A stretch of 64,000 nucleotides of DNA from Octopus vulgaris (Eukaryota), in the NCBI GenBank assembly GCA_951406725.2, contig OX597829.1, positions 47,864,001-47,928,000 on the forward strand. The letters run 5' to 3'. Positions 29,964-42,914 of the stretch are shown here, piece after piece; the first letter of the stretch is position 1, and each line of letters starts with the position of its first letter. Both the position numbers and the translations under genes were made by a program. Below the pieces are notes generated by a model. It did no database searches and was not told where the DNA came from. It saw only the letters and a list, made by a program, of their open reading frames with translations.

Positions 29964-30207
29964 GTGTGCGTGTGCGTGTGCATGTGTTTTTGTGTCTGTG
30001 TTTGACCCCCCCACCCCACCCCCACCCACCCAACATCGCTTGACAACTGATACTGATATGTTTACGTTCCCGTAACTTAGCGGTTCGGCAAAAGTGACCG
30101 ATCGAATAAGTACTAGTCTTACAAAGAATAAGTCCTAGAGTGGATTAGCTCGACTAATGGCGGTGCTCCAGGCATGGCTGCAGTCAAATGACTGAAACAA
30201 ATAAAAG
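29774..30207 (+). mobile_element. SINE S1
   Basis: Matches family. Confidence 0.8.
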
Positions 30208-30477
30208 AATTAAAATATATATATATGTATGTATATATTTATATATATATATGTATATGTATATACTACATATATATATATATATATACCACATACATAT
30301 ATGTATATATACAAATAAATATTTTTTGGTGTACCTATATATGTGTATATACATATATATACATAAACATATATAAATATATTTATATATATATATGTGT
30401 GTGTGTTTATACACATATATATATATATATATATATGTGCGTGTGTGTTCATATATATATAGAGAGAGAGAGAGTGG

Positions 30478-31075
30478 GGCGGAGAATTCACAAAAAACAA
30501 AAGACGAGGACAGGTGGTGTGGACAACAAACAGATGTATTAGTTTAACGCTCGGGAATTGAAAAAGTCGTTAACGTTTCGAGCCTACGCTCTTCTACAGA
30601 AAGGGACACAGAAAGAAACAAGGACGGAAAATAAAGAATGTGTAGTGGCTAGCGATCTATCATGGCGAATGCCAGACAGAAGGGTCACACAGGAGACTAG
30701 GAAGAAGGGGAGATAATAAAGTAGTGGTGATCCCAAAACGAAGGTGCGCGTGCGTGTGTGCATGTAGGCGAGAAGATGTGGGGCTGGGAAGTGGTCGGTT
30801 CTAGTGTGTGCGTGGTGGTGTGATGTGATGTGTTGTGTGGTATGGTGGTGTATGGTGTAGTGGTGTATGGTGTGGTGTGATGGTGCTTGAAGGTGGGGAG
30901 GCGAGAGTGGGGAAAGCAAGGGTGGGGTGTGGGTTAGGCTGAGGGCGGTGGTAGAAGTGGGGCATGTGGTAGTGTGTGTAAGGGATAGGGTTGGGGTGGG
31001 TGGGTGGGAAAGATAGGGGAAAGCGGGGTTGGAATGTGTAGGGGTGAAAGACTGATGCGAAATATATAGGTAAAT
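30478..31075 (-). mobile_element. Longest H2 family copy (C/A-rich 3' UTR-like region) with HHR-like motif at 30568-30603 (CTGTAGA)
   Basis: Reverse complement matches 1-210 and extends about 400 bp further 5'. Confidence 0.7.
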
Positions 31076-31598
31076 ATATGCGGGTATGTGTGTCTGTATG
31101 TGTGCGACCAACACAGACAGAAAGACAGACAGACAGAGACGAGTATACACACGCATGCACGCACATACACAAAACAACCGAGGGATATAGAGCAAAGAAG
31201 GGTTACATTTAGATTGTTAAAGCATAAAATAAGAGAATTTTTCTTCATTGGAGGAGGTGCATCCATTCATTACAGAGATCGAAGGGGTCAGTCATTTAGG
31301 ACCTTGTTTCTGACTTGCACTGCTCAAAATAATAAACTAATCAGAAACGCAAAAAATACCACACATATACAACTATTAACATATACATGCAAGCATGTGT
31401 GTGTTTGTGTGTATGAGTATGTGTGTGTGTGTGGGGGGGGGGTAGACAGGTAGGTAGAGAGATAGATAGATAGATATACATACATTTATATATACTCGCA
31501 AGCACACGTATGAGCACGCGTGTGAGCACGTGAGTGTGTGTATGTATATATATATATATATATATTGATTTCCTTGAACGTTGAATTAATATATGCTA

Positions 31599-31675
<77 letters not shown>

Positions 31676-32274
31676 TACAGAGAGAGGGGGAGAGAGAGTA
31701 ATTGTATGACATGTATACATGTATATAGATATCAATTTTGCAGACACACCCTCATATATCTGCATAAACACACTTGCACACACATACATGCACATTAACA
31801 AATAAGTATTTGTTATTATTTGTTACGCAAACAACAAGAACTAAAGTAAATTTAAACTTTATATATCCTCAATGTTGGTGAAATATACGTAAGAATGTAA
31901 AAATGCAAAACATTACTTATGTACTCCTGATGAGTGAGGAAAAGGGAGGGAATATACAATTAACGCGTTGGGGGAAAGAGGGGGAAATCTCCTGACGGAC
32001 TGTTACACACTTAGATAACCACTCTTCAGGGATGCTGGTGCTGTCAACAGGGTGTGAAAAGCGTCTTTCAACAGAGTCCCTCCTTTTTTACTACTCATTA
32101 ACATTACAGAGGAAATGTTTACATACATTTTCTTATTTAAACCATAGTGAAGCTTTATATTTAAATTCACTTCAGTGAATAAGTTCTCTCTTAAAGTTGA
32201 TTGTTCTTGGCCTGGAGGCTGACTAACATATCTCTCAGCTAATATCAGTAGTTAAGGCGACACGGTTAAGGTGT

Positions 32275-32823
32275 CAAGCTGGCAGAAACGTTAGCACGCC
32301 GGGTGAAATGCTTAGCGGTATTTCGTCTGCCGCAACGTTCTGAGTTCAAATTCCGCCGAGGTCGACTTTGCCTTTCATCCTTTCGGGGTCGATTAAATAA
32401 GTACCAGTTATTCACTGGGGTCGATATAATCGACTTAATCCCTTTGTCTGTCCTTGTTTGTCTCCTCTATGTTTAGCCCCTTGTGGGTAGTAAAGAAATA
32501 GAAATAGGCATTTCGTCTACCGTTACGCTCTGAGTTCAAATTCCGCCGAGGTCGACTTTGCCTTTCCTCCTTTCGGGATCGATAAATTAAGTACCAGTTA
32601 CGCACTGGGGTCGATATAATCGACTTAATCCGTTTGTCTGTCCTTGTTTGTCCTCTCTGTGTGTAGTAATGAAATAGGTATTTCGTCTGTCTTACGTTCT
32701 GAGTTCAAATTCCAGGGCTTTTCAGGGTCGATAAATTAAGTACCATTTGCGTACTGGTTTCGATCTAATCGACTGGCCCTCTCCCCCAAAATTTCGGGCC
32801 TTGTGCCTAGAATAGAAAAGAAT
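32275..32823 (+). mobile_element. Tandem trimer of SINE S2
   Basis: Three gagttcaaattcc B-box units; only the first has the A-box head. Confidence 0.85.
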
Positions 32824-33202
32824 ATATTTACTGGAACCTGCATGCAAATGTTGAACGTTTGGTTTCACTATACGTGATGTCTATACGCATTGTCTTACCA
32901 TAGCATTATTATAAAAAGCGTAAAGTCAACACTGCAAAAAATTAAGTATAGTTTTACTGTTTTAGATACCTTTTACATATTTCAGTCATTGGACAGCGGC
33001 CATGCTGGAGCACTATCACCCTGACGGGTTTTCCTAGTCGAACAAACAGACCTATTACATATTTTTAAAAGTTTGGTACTATTGGTTTCTTTGGATGTAA
33101 CGCTATGTTGCGGAAACAAACGACTAACAGTGGCTCTCAGTCAAGTAGTGGTGAGGGAGAGACACAAAAATACACACAAACACACGTGCGGGCACATACA
33201 TA

Positions 33203-33274
<72 letters not shown>

Positions 33275-33359
33275 GGAACATTGTTATTTCTAAACCTCTC
33301 AAAGAGAGATATTTAGTAACAGTTCTTTAAAGTAAAGATTATTTGCCAACATATTGTGA

Positions 33360-33562
33360 CTGTAGAAATGAGTTGCGACATCACTGGTACCAAGCTGTAT
33401 CAGCCTTTGCGTTTCCCTTGGATAACATCAGTGATGTGTAGATGGGAAGCTGTTATGCATGAGTGACTGCTGGTCTTCCATAGAAAACCTTGCCAGGACT
33501 TGTGCCTCGGAGGCTAACTTTCTCGGTGGAATCCCATGGCCAGCCATGACTGATGGGGGTCT
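33360..33562 (+). mobile_element. 3' portion of another SINE-like interspersed repeat (second copy 62528-62686, minus strand)
   Basis: ctgtagaaatgagttgcgacatcac..ccaagctgtatc..ttcccttggataacatcagtg shared between loci. Confidence 0.6.
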
Positions 33563-33914
33563 CCTCAATGTGACTGTCCTGGATAGGACAGTTGTTACTG
33601 CTGCTTTGCGACTGGAAACATCGTTTCCAGGGACCCACGACAATTTGTTCGACTAGCACTTTCTCAAAGTGTTACGCAATGGGAATGAACCGGAAGCCAT
33701 GTCGTTGGAAAGCAAACTTCATAACTATACATCCACGCTTTTTACACCTTTAAACTATTTATCCTCAATAAGAGCTTTGCGAAAAGGGTCTTTTACTGCT
33801 CACCTCCTGTACTGCCTGACGACATATTTTTATTCATTTTATCTTCCTATTTTCGGCCTCACTCATCTTTCTCAAGGACTTTTTTTTTTCGGAAAGATAT
33901 ATAGAAGATATATA

Positions 33915-34312
33915 GGCGCATGAGTGGCTGTGTGGTAAGTAGCTTGCTAACCAACCACATGGTTCCGGGTTCAGTCCCACTGTTGGCATCTTGAGCAAGT
34001 GTCTTCTGCTATAGCCCCGGGCCGACCAAAGCCTTGTGAGTGGATTTGGTAGACGGAAACTGAAAGAAGCCTGTCGTATATATGTATGTGTGTGTATATG
34101 TTTGTGTGTATGTGTTTGTCCCCCTAGCATTGCTTGACAACCGATGCTGGTGATTTGCGTCCCCGTCACTTAGCGGTTCGGCGAAAGAGACCGATAGAAT
34201 AAGTACTGGGCTTACAAAGAATAAGTCCCGGGGTCGATTTGCTCGACTAAAGGCAGTGCTCCAGCATGGCCGCAGTCAAATGACTGAAACAAGTAAAAGA
34301 GTAGAAGAGTAA
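33915..34312 (+). mobile_element. SINE S1
   Basis: Full copy. Confidence 0.85.
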
Positions 34313-34981
34313 GAAGGGTAAAATTACGTTTTATTCTCTGCGTTATTAGGCTTTCTACGCAGGCACGACTGAGTAGCAAAGAAGTCCGCGCTACAGCTAC
34401 ATAATCACGGGTACGTTCCCGCTGGGCAAGTATCTTTGCGATACTGGAAACTGTAAAGAAGCCTGCCGGATGACTGTACCTGTGATTCAAAGAGTCAACC
34501 TTGTTACATAACTATATCATTCCGATTTTACTTGAAAATTAAATTCAGGGTATAATCCAGTTTAACAACACATAATTGTTTGTTTGTTTGTTTGTGTGTG
34601 TGTGTATGCGTGTGTGTATGTGTGCGTGTTCGTGCATGCGTGCATGCGTGTTCGTGCATGCGCGCGCGTGTGAGTGTGTATGAATAGGTGTGCGTGTGTC
34701 TGTATGAATGTGTGTTTATGTGTGTGTACGAGTGTGTGTGAGTGTGTGTGTGAATGGGTGCGCTTGGGTGTGTGTGTGTGTGAATGTATGTGTGTGTGTG
34801 TGTGCGTGTGTATGAGTGTATGTGAATGAGTGTACGTGTGTGTATGTGCTTGTGTGAATGTGTGCGAATGGCTGCGCAAGTATGCGTGTGCATGCGTGCG
34901 TGTCTGTGTGTGAGTGCGTGCGTGTGAATGTGTGTGAATGGGTGTCGATGTTTATGTGTGCGTGCGCGCGTGTGTTAATTG

Positions 34982-35020
<39 letters not shown>

Positions 35021-35444
35021 TGTGTGTGACTGTGTGCGAATGGGTGTGCAAGTGCGCGTGTGCGTGCGTGCGTGTCTGTGTGTGAATGTGTGTGAACGGG
35101 TGTCTATGTTTACGTGTGCATGCGCGCATGTGTGAACTGGTATGTGTGTGTGTTTGCGCGTGTGTGTGTGTGTATGTGTGGATATTACATATATTATAGT
35201 AAACAATGACATCGTTGTATATTTTCCTAAGAAAAGCCCGTGTTGTTAAGAAGCTTACATCTAAATCATTGAACGAAATGGGGTAGAATGAATAATACAA
35301 TGAGGAAACCACTGAGGTAGTCTGTAGCTGTTCATGGTCGAAATATCAGGACCATTATTCGATAAACTAGGCTTTGGGCGACACGACTTAATAAAATGAA
35401 ATAAGAAAATTCAAGAAAACCCCGGCCGGTGCAATTTGCCCTTA

Positions 35445-35897
35445 GGTGCAGGCGTGGCTGGTGTGGTAGGAAGCTTGCTTCCCAACTACACGTGGTTCTA
35501 GGTTCAGTCCCACTGCGTGGCACCTTGGGCAAGTGTCTCCTACTGTAGCCGCGGGCCGGCCAAAGCCTTGTGAATGGATTTGGTAGACGGAAACTGAAAG
35601 AAGCTCGTCGTATGTGTATGTGTCTGCGTATGTGTGTGCACGCGTGTGTTTGTGTGTGAGTGTGTGTGTGTGTTTGTTTGTCTGTGTGTGCGTGTGTGTG
35701 TGCGTGTGTGTGTGTTCCTTTGTTACTGTGTTTGTTCTCCGCATCACCGTTTGACAACCGGTGTCGGTGTTTTTTGCGTCTCAATAATATAGCGGTTCGG
35801 CAAATATGATCGATAAAATAAGTACCAGGCTTTAAAAAAATCCTGGGATCAATTCATGGTCGCAGTCTAATGATTAAAAGAAATTAAAGATAAAAGA
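35445..35897 (+). mobile_element. SINE S1 (diverged)
   Basis: Matches family. Confidence 0.75.
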
Positions 35898-35941
35898 AGA
35901 ATACTCCTACGCTATCCTTGGGCAGAATATAGCTATTAAAA

Positions 35942-36340
35942 GGCGACGAGCTGGCAGGAACGTTAGCACGCCGGGTGAAATGCTTAGTGATATTTCATCT
36001 GCCGTTATGTTTTGAGTTCGTTTTCCGCTGAGGTCGACTTTGCTTTTCATCCTTTCGGGGGCGATAAATTAAGTACCAGTTACGCACTGGGGTCGATATA
36101 ATCGATTTAATCCGTCTGTCTGTCCTTGTTTGTCTCCTTGTGTTTAGCCCCCTGTGGTTAGTAAAGAAATAGTTATTTCTTCTGCCGTTATGTTTTGAGT
36201 TCGAATTCCACCGAGGTCGACTTTGCCTTTCATCCTTTCTGGGTAGATAAATTAAGTACCAGTTGCGTACTGGGGTCGATTTACTTGACTGGCTCCTTCC
36301 CCAAACATTTCGGACCTTGTGTCTAGGGTAGAAAAGAATA
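35942..36340 (+). mobile_element. Tandem dimer of SINE S2
   Basis: Two units; flanked by AGAATATAGCTATTAAA direct repeat. Confidence 0.85.
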
Positions 36341-36626
36341 TAGCTATTAAACGCTTGATGATTACAAGAGATAAGAACCTCCCCAAAAACCTTCCCACGC
36401 CGTGGCACAAACTGCCTGTGTATGGAAGACATCATTCACATGATTAGAAGCTGTTCAGAAAACAATTATGCAAAGTACTATTAACCTATAGGACATGACA
36501 TTGCTGCCCAAATCGTTTAGAATGTTATCCACAAGAAGGAAACTCCTGGCAATCATACAAAAGACACACCAGAACCGGAATGTAGCCAAGCCTTTATAAC
36601 TACGGAATAGGAGTGGAATATACTAT

Positions 36627-36780
36627 GGCGTTGCGGTAAGTAGCTTGCTAACGAACCACATGGTTCCAGGTTCAGTCCCACTGCGTGGCACCTTGGGCAA
36701 GTGTCTTCTACTATAGCCTCGGGCCGACCAAAGCCTTGTGAGTGGATTTGGTAGACGGAAACTGAAAGAAGCCCATCGTG

Positions 36781-36849
<69 letters not shown>

Positions 36850-37044
36850 TTGTGCATCTATGTTTGTCCCCCCAACATCGCTTGACAACCGATGTTTATG
36901 TCTCCGTAACTTAGTGGTTCGGTCGAAAGAGATTGATAGAATAAGTGCTAGGCTTACAAAGAATAAGTCCTGGGGTCGATTTGCTCGACTAATGGCGGTG
37001 CTCCAGCATGGCTACAGTCACATGACTGAAACAAGTAAAAGAGT
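36627..37044 (+). mobile_element. SINE S1
   Basis: Matches family. Confidence 0.82.
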
Positions 37045-37746
37045 ATGAAGTAAAGAGAGACTCTGTAATAAACAAATAAGCTTGGTGTTGTTCTATGTGA
37101 AAGAATAAAAAATTTCATGGATTGCCGTCGGAGTCATCTACTGGCCGATGTGAATGTCTTCTCAAAAGGTTTGGAAAATAAAACAGCCATAGTGAAACGA
37201 AACCACCAGCATTTGTATACAAGTTCCATAGGTTTTTTTTATTGTGGCGATTATCATAGGTGTACTGGGTTATGGAATAAAAATATTTACAAAAAGCTAA
37301 ACTGGAAATGCTAGGTTTTCAAAGAAAGAACGAATCAAACTGACTGAAATTATCCAAATCGAATTAATTATTCACACAGTGTGTTATGTAAGACATTTCA
37401 AATTTTCTCCGTTTGGGTTGATTGAACTGAAATATCTACGCACAATCACGTGAATATATAAGAGGTACGAAAAGACATGCAAATAAAAAGTTATTACGCA
37501 AGATGGTGTACTGAAGAGACGCGTACGGCCATTATGTAAGTGCAACATTCATGTACTAACATGCGCACAGTTACCCATACACACATTCGCAAATCCCCGA
37601 GACGGATCTGAGTCAAGAGCTTTGTCACTGTGCCCGTGATTCGGTTTGAATTCTGCAAAGAAATAATTTTCTTAAAAGATAAATACATACACTTATACAC
37701 GCATACACACACTCACATATATACATACACACACAAACTACATATG

Positions 37747-37790
<44 letters not shown>

Positions 37791-37844
37791 CACTCACACA
37801 TACATATATACATACATACAAAATATATATATATATATATATAT

Positions 37845-38168
37845 AAGTTTAACAATTAAGGATAATCTCTTAATAAGGGATCTTAACAAGAAATTATCGG
37901 GTAGCTAGCGTGAAAACCTCATAAAAGAAAAAAAATCCGAAAATAATTTTTTTTCTTTTGAACAAATTAATTATATCTATATTGTATAGAGGGCATTATT
38001 ACACATAAATGCCTCACACTAGGAGGGACAAAGTCATTACTACCAAAATTATACTAATCATACCCAAATGCTTTGAAAAACTGCATTTGGGTATGATTAG
38101 TATAATTTTGGTAGTAATGACTTTGTCCCTCTTAGTGTGAGGCATTTATGTGTAATAATGCCCTCTAT

Positions 38169-38173
<5 letters not shown>
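37845..38173. mobile_element. Short fold-back copy of the 480-bp family (no HHR reached)
   Basis: Left arm from taagtttaac to cccaaatgc; inverted arm to ccctctatacaata; TGC microhomology at the turn. Confidence 0.87.
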
Positions 38174-38209
<36 letters not shown>

Positions 38210-38214
<5 letters not shown>

Positions 38215-39172
38215 CATAAATGCATACACACATACATACGTACATACAATGCACTTAAATACATAATTCATACATTCATACACACATACATATATACATA
38301 CATACATGCACGCTTACACACACATACATACATACACACACGTATACATACATGCACCCATACATACATATATACACACATACACACACATTCACACACG
38401 CACATAGGTACATGCACACATACATACATGCACACATACATACATACAAACACACACACATACATACAAGCATACATACATACTTACATGCATACATACA
38501 TACATACAAGCATACATACATACATACATACATACATACATACATACATACATACATACATACATACATGCATGCATACATACGTATATGCATCTGTACA
38601 TACATACAATATACATACACACACATATTTACACACACACACACACACATTTATATATATATATGTAAGTATGTATGTATGTATGTATGTATGTATGTAT
38701 GTATGTATGTATGTATGTATGCATGCATGCATGCATGCATGTATGTATGTATGTATGTATGTATGCATGCATGCATGCATGCATGCATGTATGTATGTAT
38801 GTATGTATGTATGTATGTATGTACATACATGCATGCATGTATGTATGTATGCATGCATGCATGTATGTATGTATGTATGTATGTATGCATGCATGTATGT
38901 ATGTATGTATGTATGTATGTATGTATGTATGCATGCATGCATGTATGTATGTATGTATGTATGTATGTATGTATGTATGTATGCATGCATGCATGCATGT
39001 ATGTATGCATGTATGTATGTATGTATGTATGTATGTATGCATGCATGTATGTATGTATGTATGTATGTATGTATGTATGCATGCATGTATGTATGTATGT
39101 ATGCATGTATGTATGTATGTATGTATGTATGTATGTATGTATGTATGTATGTATGTATATACACACATACAT
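38210..39172. repeat. (CATA)n then (TATG/CATG)n microsatellite in inverted arrangement
   Basis: Direct reading; polarity switches near 38660. Confidence 0.9.
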
Positions 39173-39448
39173 AGTCGACTAACATAAGAACCCCACTAAG
39201 CAGGCGTTGACAGTGATTAACGACATCAAGTGGAGGGTGAATATTTACAGCAGTATAGAATCCAGCGATTTTGCATATCAATGTTTGTTTATATTCCGCT
39301 TCTGAAACCAGCGGAGCAAATTCTTGCAGTTACTAGAAAAAAAAGGAAACAAAACCTTGACAAATATATCCGTGTGTGTGTGTGTGTGTGCGCACGTAGG
39401 ACCCATGGATTTGAAAAAGTGAAAAAAATACCGGTGGTCTACGAAGGA

Positions 39449-39487
<39 letters not shown>

Positions 39488-39657
39488 ATGCGACGTTGTT
39501 TATAAAATACAAAGAAATAACTACATTTTCTTACAATAACGGGAGAATGCCGTCGGAACAATGTGAGTAATTTAGCATAAATTGATCACCTTCCAACCGG
39601 AGTTAAAATACGTCAATGAGAATCTCCGGCAACAGAAGAGAGCCGAAAGAAAAATAA

Positions 39658-40232
39658 TCTTTTCTACTCTTAGCACAAGACCCGAAATTTTGGAGGAAAG
39701 GGGTCCAGTCGACTAGATCGACCTTAATACACAAATGGTACTTAATTTAGCGACCCCGAAATTATGAAAGGCAAAGTCGACCTCGGTGGAATTTGAACTC
39801 AGAACGTAGCAACAGACGAAATACCTATTTCTTTACTACCCGCAAGGGGCTACACACAGAGGGGACAAACAAGGACAGACGAACGGATTAAGTCGATTAA
39901 ATAAGTAACTGGTACTTATTTAATCGACCCCGAAATGATGAAAGGCAAAGTCGACCTCGGTGGAATTTGAACTCAGAACGTAACGGCAGACGAAATACCT
40001 ATTTCTTTATTACCCACAGGGGGCTAAACATAGAGGGAACAAACAAGGACAGACAAAGGTATTAAGTCGATTACATCGTCCCCAGTGCGTAACTGGTACT
40101 TAATTTATCGACCCCGAAAGGATGAAAGGCAAAGTCGACCTCGGCGGAATTTGAACTCAGAACGTAGCGGCTGACGAAATACCGTTTAGCATTTCGCCCG
40201 GCGTGCTAACGTTTCTGCCAGCTCGCTGCCTT
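39658..40232 (-). mobile_element. Tandem trimer of SINE S2
   Basis: Three aaaggcaaagtcgacctcgg units; head at the 40232 end. Confidence 0.85.
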
Positions 40233-40533
40233 CCGAAGAAGGAAAATAATGAACATGATATGCGGCTGAAATACATCACTAATCAACAAATATATGAAGC
40301 TCTTTCTCTTGCAGACGTGGTTTCTCTGTAACGTACGGTTTCATTTTGGAAAAAAAAAAAAGAAAAACTAATATGAGACAAAAGGTTTAAAACAAGATAC
40401 AGTATTTTTTCAACGAGATGTTGTCCATACATTGCAATTATGCATTATGACGTCCTTAGGACTGAGATTATATAAGGCTCTTTCTCTTGAAAAGGAAACT
40501 ATTATAGGAGTAAAAAGTTTAAACAGGATGCAG

Positions 40534-41017
40534 TACTCCAAGGACACAGATATTGTGTCTAAAGCCAGCTTGAGACGTAGATCTCTTGGGGCTATAAAGC
40601 TACAGTAACACCCCCTCCCCAATGTGGTTGGCCATGATAAGATGGCTTCTATACTTTACATTATCGAGCGATTACTGTTTCAATCTCATTCTGAGATTTA
40701 ATTATGCTTACTGTTCGTTTTTCGACATCAGTGGCAGACGCCATTAGAAAAACTTATATCTATTTGCAAAGGAGCCTTCTCTTTCATCGCTACCTGGTGG
40801 TTACCGCCCGTTGACGAGGGACAACAATCCTGAAACTAGTTCGAGCGTATCACTCAGGCTTGCGAGGAAGGGATGGCCTCCCTTTGCAAATACTCCAAGG
40901 ACACAGATATTGTGTCTAAAGCCAGCTTGAGACGTAGATCTCTTGGGGCTATAAAGCTACAGTAACACCCCCTCCCCAATGTGGATAGCCATGATAAGAT
41001 GGCTTCTATACTTTACA
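40534..41017 (+). mobile_element. Partial tandem (357-bp unit, 127-bp terminal direct repeats) containing an HHR at 40805-40847
   Basis: 40534-40660 repeats at 40891-41017 (1 mismatch seen); CGCCCG-TTGACGA-GGGA caacaa TCCT-GAAA-CTAG-TT-CGAGCG. Confidence 0.75.
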
Positions 41018-41579
41018 GTATTTTTTGTTTCAACGAAATGTTAATTGTCCATGCATTGCACTAAAAATATACACCATCAATTGTGATGTCCTTGAGACTG
41101 TGATTAAAAACATCGTTAGGATACAAAGCACCAGGAAACTAATCGATTGTTGGAAAATTGGTACTAAACAAACTGATATTCTAACGGTGATTGATCTATT
41201 TATGTTTAGCAGTGAGCGCTCAGTGGAGACATAAATATAATAAGCTCGTTGGTTAGCAGAAATAAATCTGACACCGAAACCTACGCTTTTCACATTGTGC
41301 AAATGCACAACCCTCCTAAAATTTAATGGATAAAATATACACTGTCCAAACCTTTGCTTCTAGGATCATGGCGAGAGTAATATCACCATAGCTCAACAAG
41401 CAGCAAAGGAGAAGGGGAAAATCTTTTATTAAGAAAACTGTCTAGTCAAATGTGAAACATCCGATTCTATACCTCACTCAAATTACTAGTGGACCTTTGA
41501 CTTGCTAAAATTCCAAAGACAATAGTCAGAACCAGAGAAGCCATGCTTCGTCTAGCGACGTTGTCTGGAAGTTAAGCAG

Positions 41580-41815
41580 ATGTGAAGTATACGATGAAGT
41601 TTAGCATAGATATATTCAAAGGATACAGTCTAGTAAATCTCTTGTCCTTCTGGTTGAAGAGTAAGAAATTGACTAACCAAAATATTGGTCTAATACATAG
41701 CTTCTTCATAGGCGGCCTGAAAATATATGCCAAAAATATAGCTGATATGAAGACGAGCGTTGACTTGATTACGACTTTCTCAAAAGATGCAGGGATAGGA
41801 TTTGGCCGATATAGT
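41580..41815 (+). pseudogene. Highly decayed RT remnant of an RLE-type LINE
   Basis: IHSFFIGGLKIYAKN..DLITTFSKDAGIGFG resembles the HLFFxDDLKLYA region with the catalytic DD lost. Confidence 0.45.
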
Positions 41816-41883
41816 AACATCTTTATCAATGGTCAGCCTAAACGTATAGCTAAGGGATATAATATCCGTGTAAAGATATTATC

Positions 41884-42135
41884 GTGGAGGCGCGTGGCTT
41901 AGTGGTTAGGGTGTCAGCACCATGATCGTAAGATTGTGGTTTCGATTCCTGGATCGGGCGACGCGTTGTGTTCTTGAGCAAAACACTTCATTTCACTTTG
42001 CTCCAATCCACTCAGCTGGCAAAAATGAGTAACGCTGCGATGGACTGGCGTCCCGTCCAGCTGGGGAACAAATACGCCATAGAAACCGGGAAACCGGGCC
42101 CGTGAGTCTGGCTAGGCTTTAAAAAGGGCGCGTTT
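41884..42135 (+). mobile_element. tRNA-derived SINE family S4 (Meta-domain-like); partial copies at 55578-55795 and about 12210-12410
   Basis: A box TGGCTTAGTGG, B box GTTTCGATTCC, ttgtgttcttgagcaaaacac and tgcgatggactggcgtcccgtccag blocks. Confidence 0.8.
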
Positions 42136-42390
42136 TTAAGATATTATCACTTCCTTCATACAATAAACGTGGCTGTGTAGTAAGAAGCTTGTTTCCCAAC
42201 CACATGATTCCGGGTTCAGTCCCACTGCGCGGAATGTTATGCAAATCGCTTCTACTATAGACCAAAGCCTTGTGGTCAAAGCCGACCAAAGCCTCAGGCT
42301 GACCAAAAGCCTTTGGTAGACGGAAACTGAAACAAGCCCGTCGTATGTGTGTGTATGTGTGCGTATGTGTGTGTATACGCGCGTGTATGT

Positions 42391-42490
42391 NNNNNNNNNN
42401 NNNNNNNNNNNNNNNNNNNNNNNNNNNNNNNNNNNNNNNNNNNNNNNNNNNNNNNNNNNNNNNNNNNNNNNNNNNNNNNNNNNNNNNNNN
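42391..42490. other. Assembly gap (100 N)
   Basis: Run of n. Confidence 1.
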
Positions 42491-42914
42491 TAATAATGTA
42501 AGTGGCCAGCAAGCATTAAAGTTAATAAACGGGCAGATCTATAAATTTTTATAATTAATTAATTAATAATTATAATCGAGGGGGTACACGAGGCACCGGC
42601 GTTGCTGGTAACCTCACTAGCGATTATCAGCCGCGATGGTAAGTTAACTTATTTACTCGTCACTCGATTTTTGCCGGTCTATTGTGTTTTCAGGGAAATG
42701 GTGGCTTATTAGAGTATTCTTCGACTCATATTTACTGCAATGCTGGTTCCTCGTGTACCCTCAATTATAATTATTAATTAAGTATGAAAATTTATATATA
42801 TATACATATAACACCTTAGGCAAGTGTCTTCTGCTATAGCTTCGAGCCGACCAAAGCCTTGTGAGAGGATTTGTTGGGGGAAACTCAAAGCTCATCGTGT
42901 ATATATATATATAC

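Noticed and set aside
38137-39281. Long His/Thr/Met/Cys-rich ORFs
   Set aside because: Translations of (CATA)n/(TATG)n repeats
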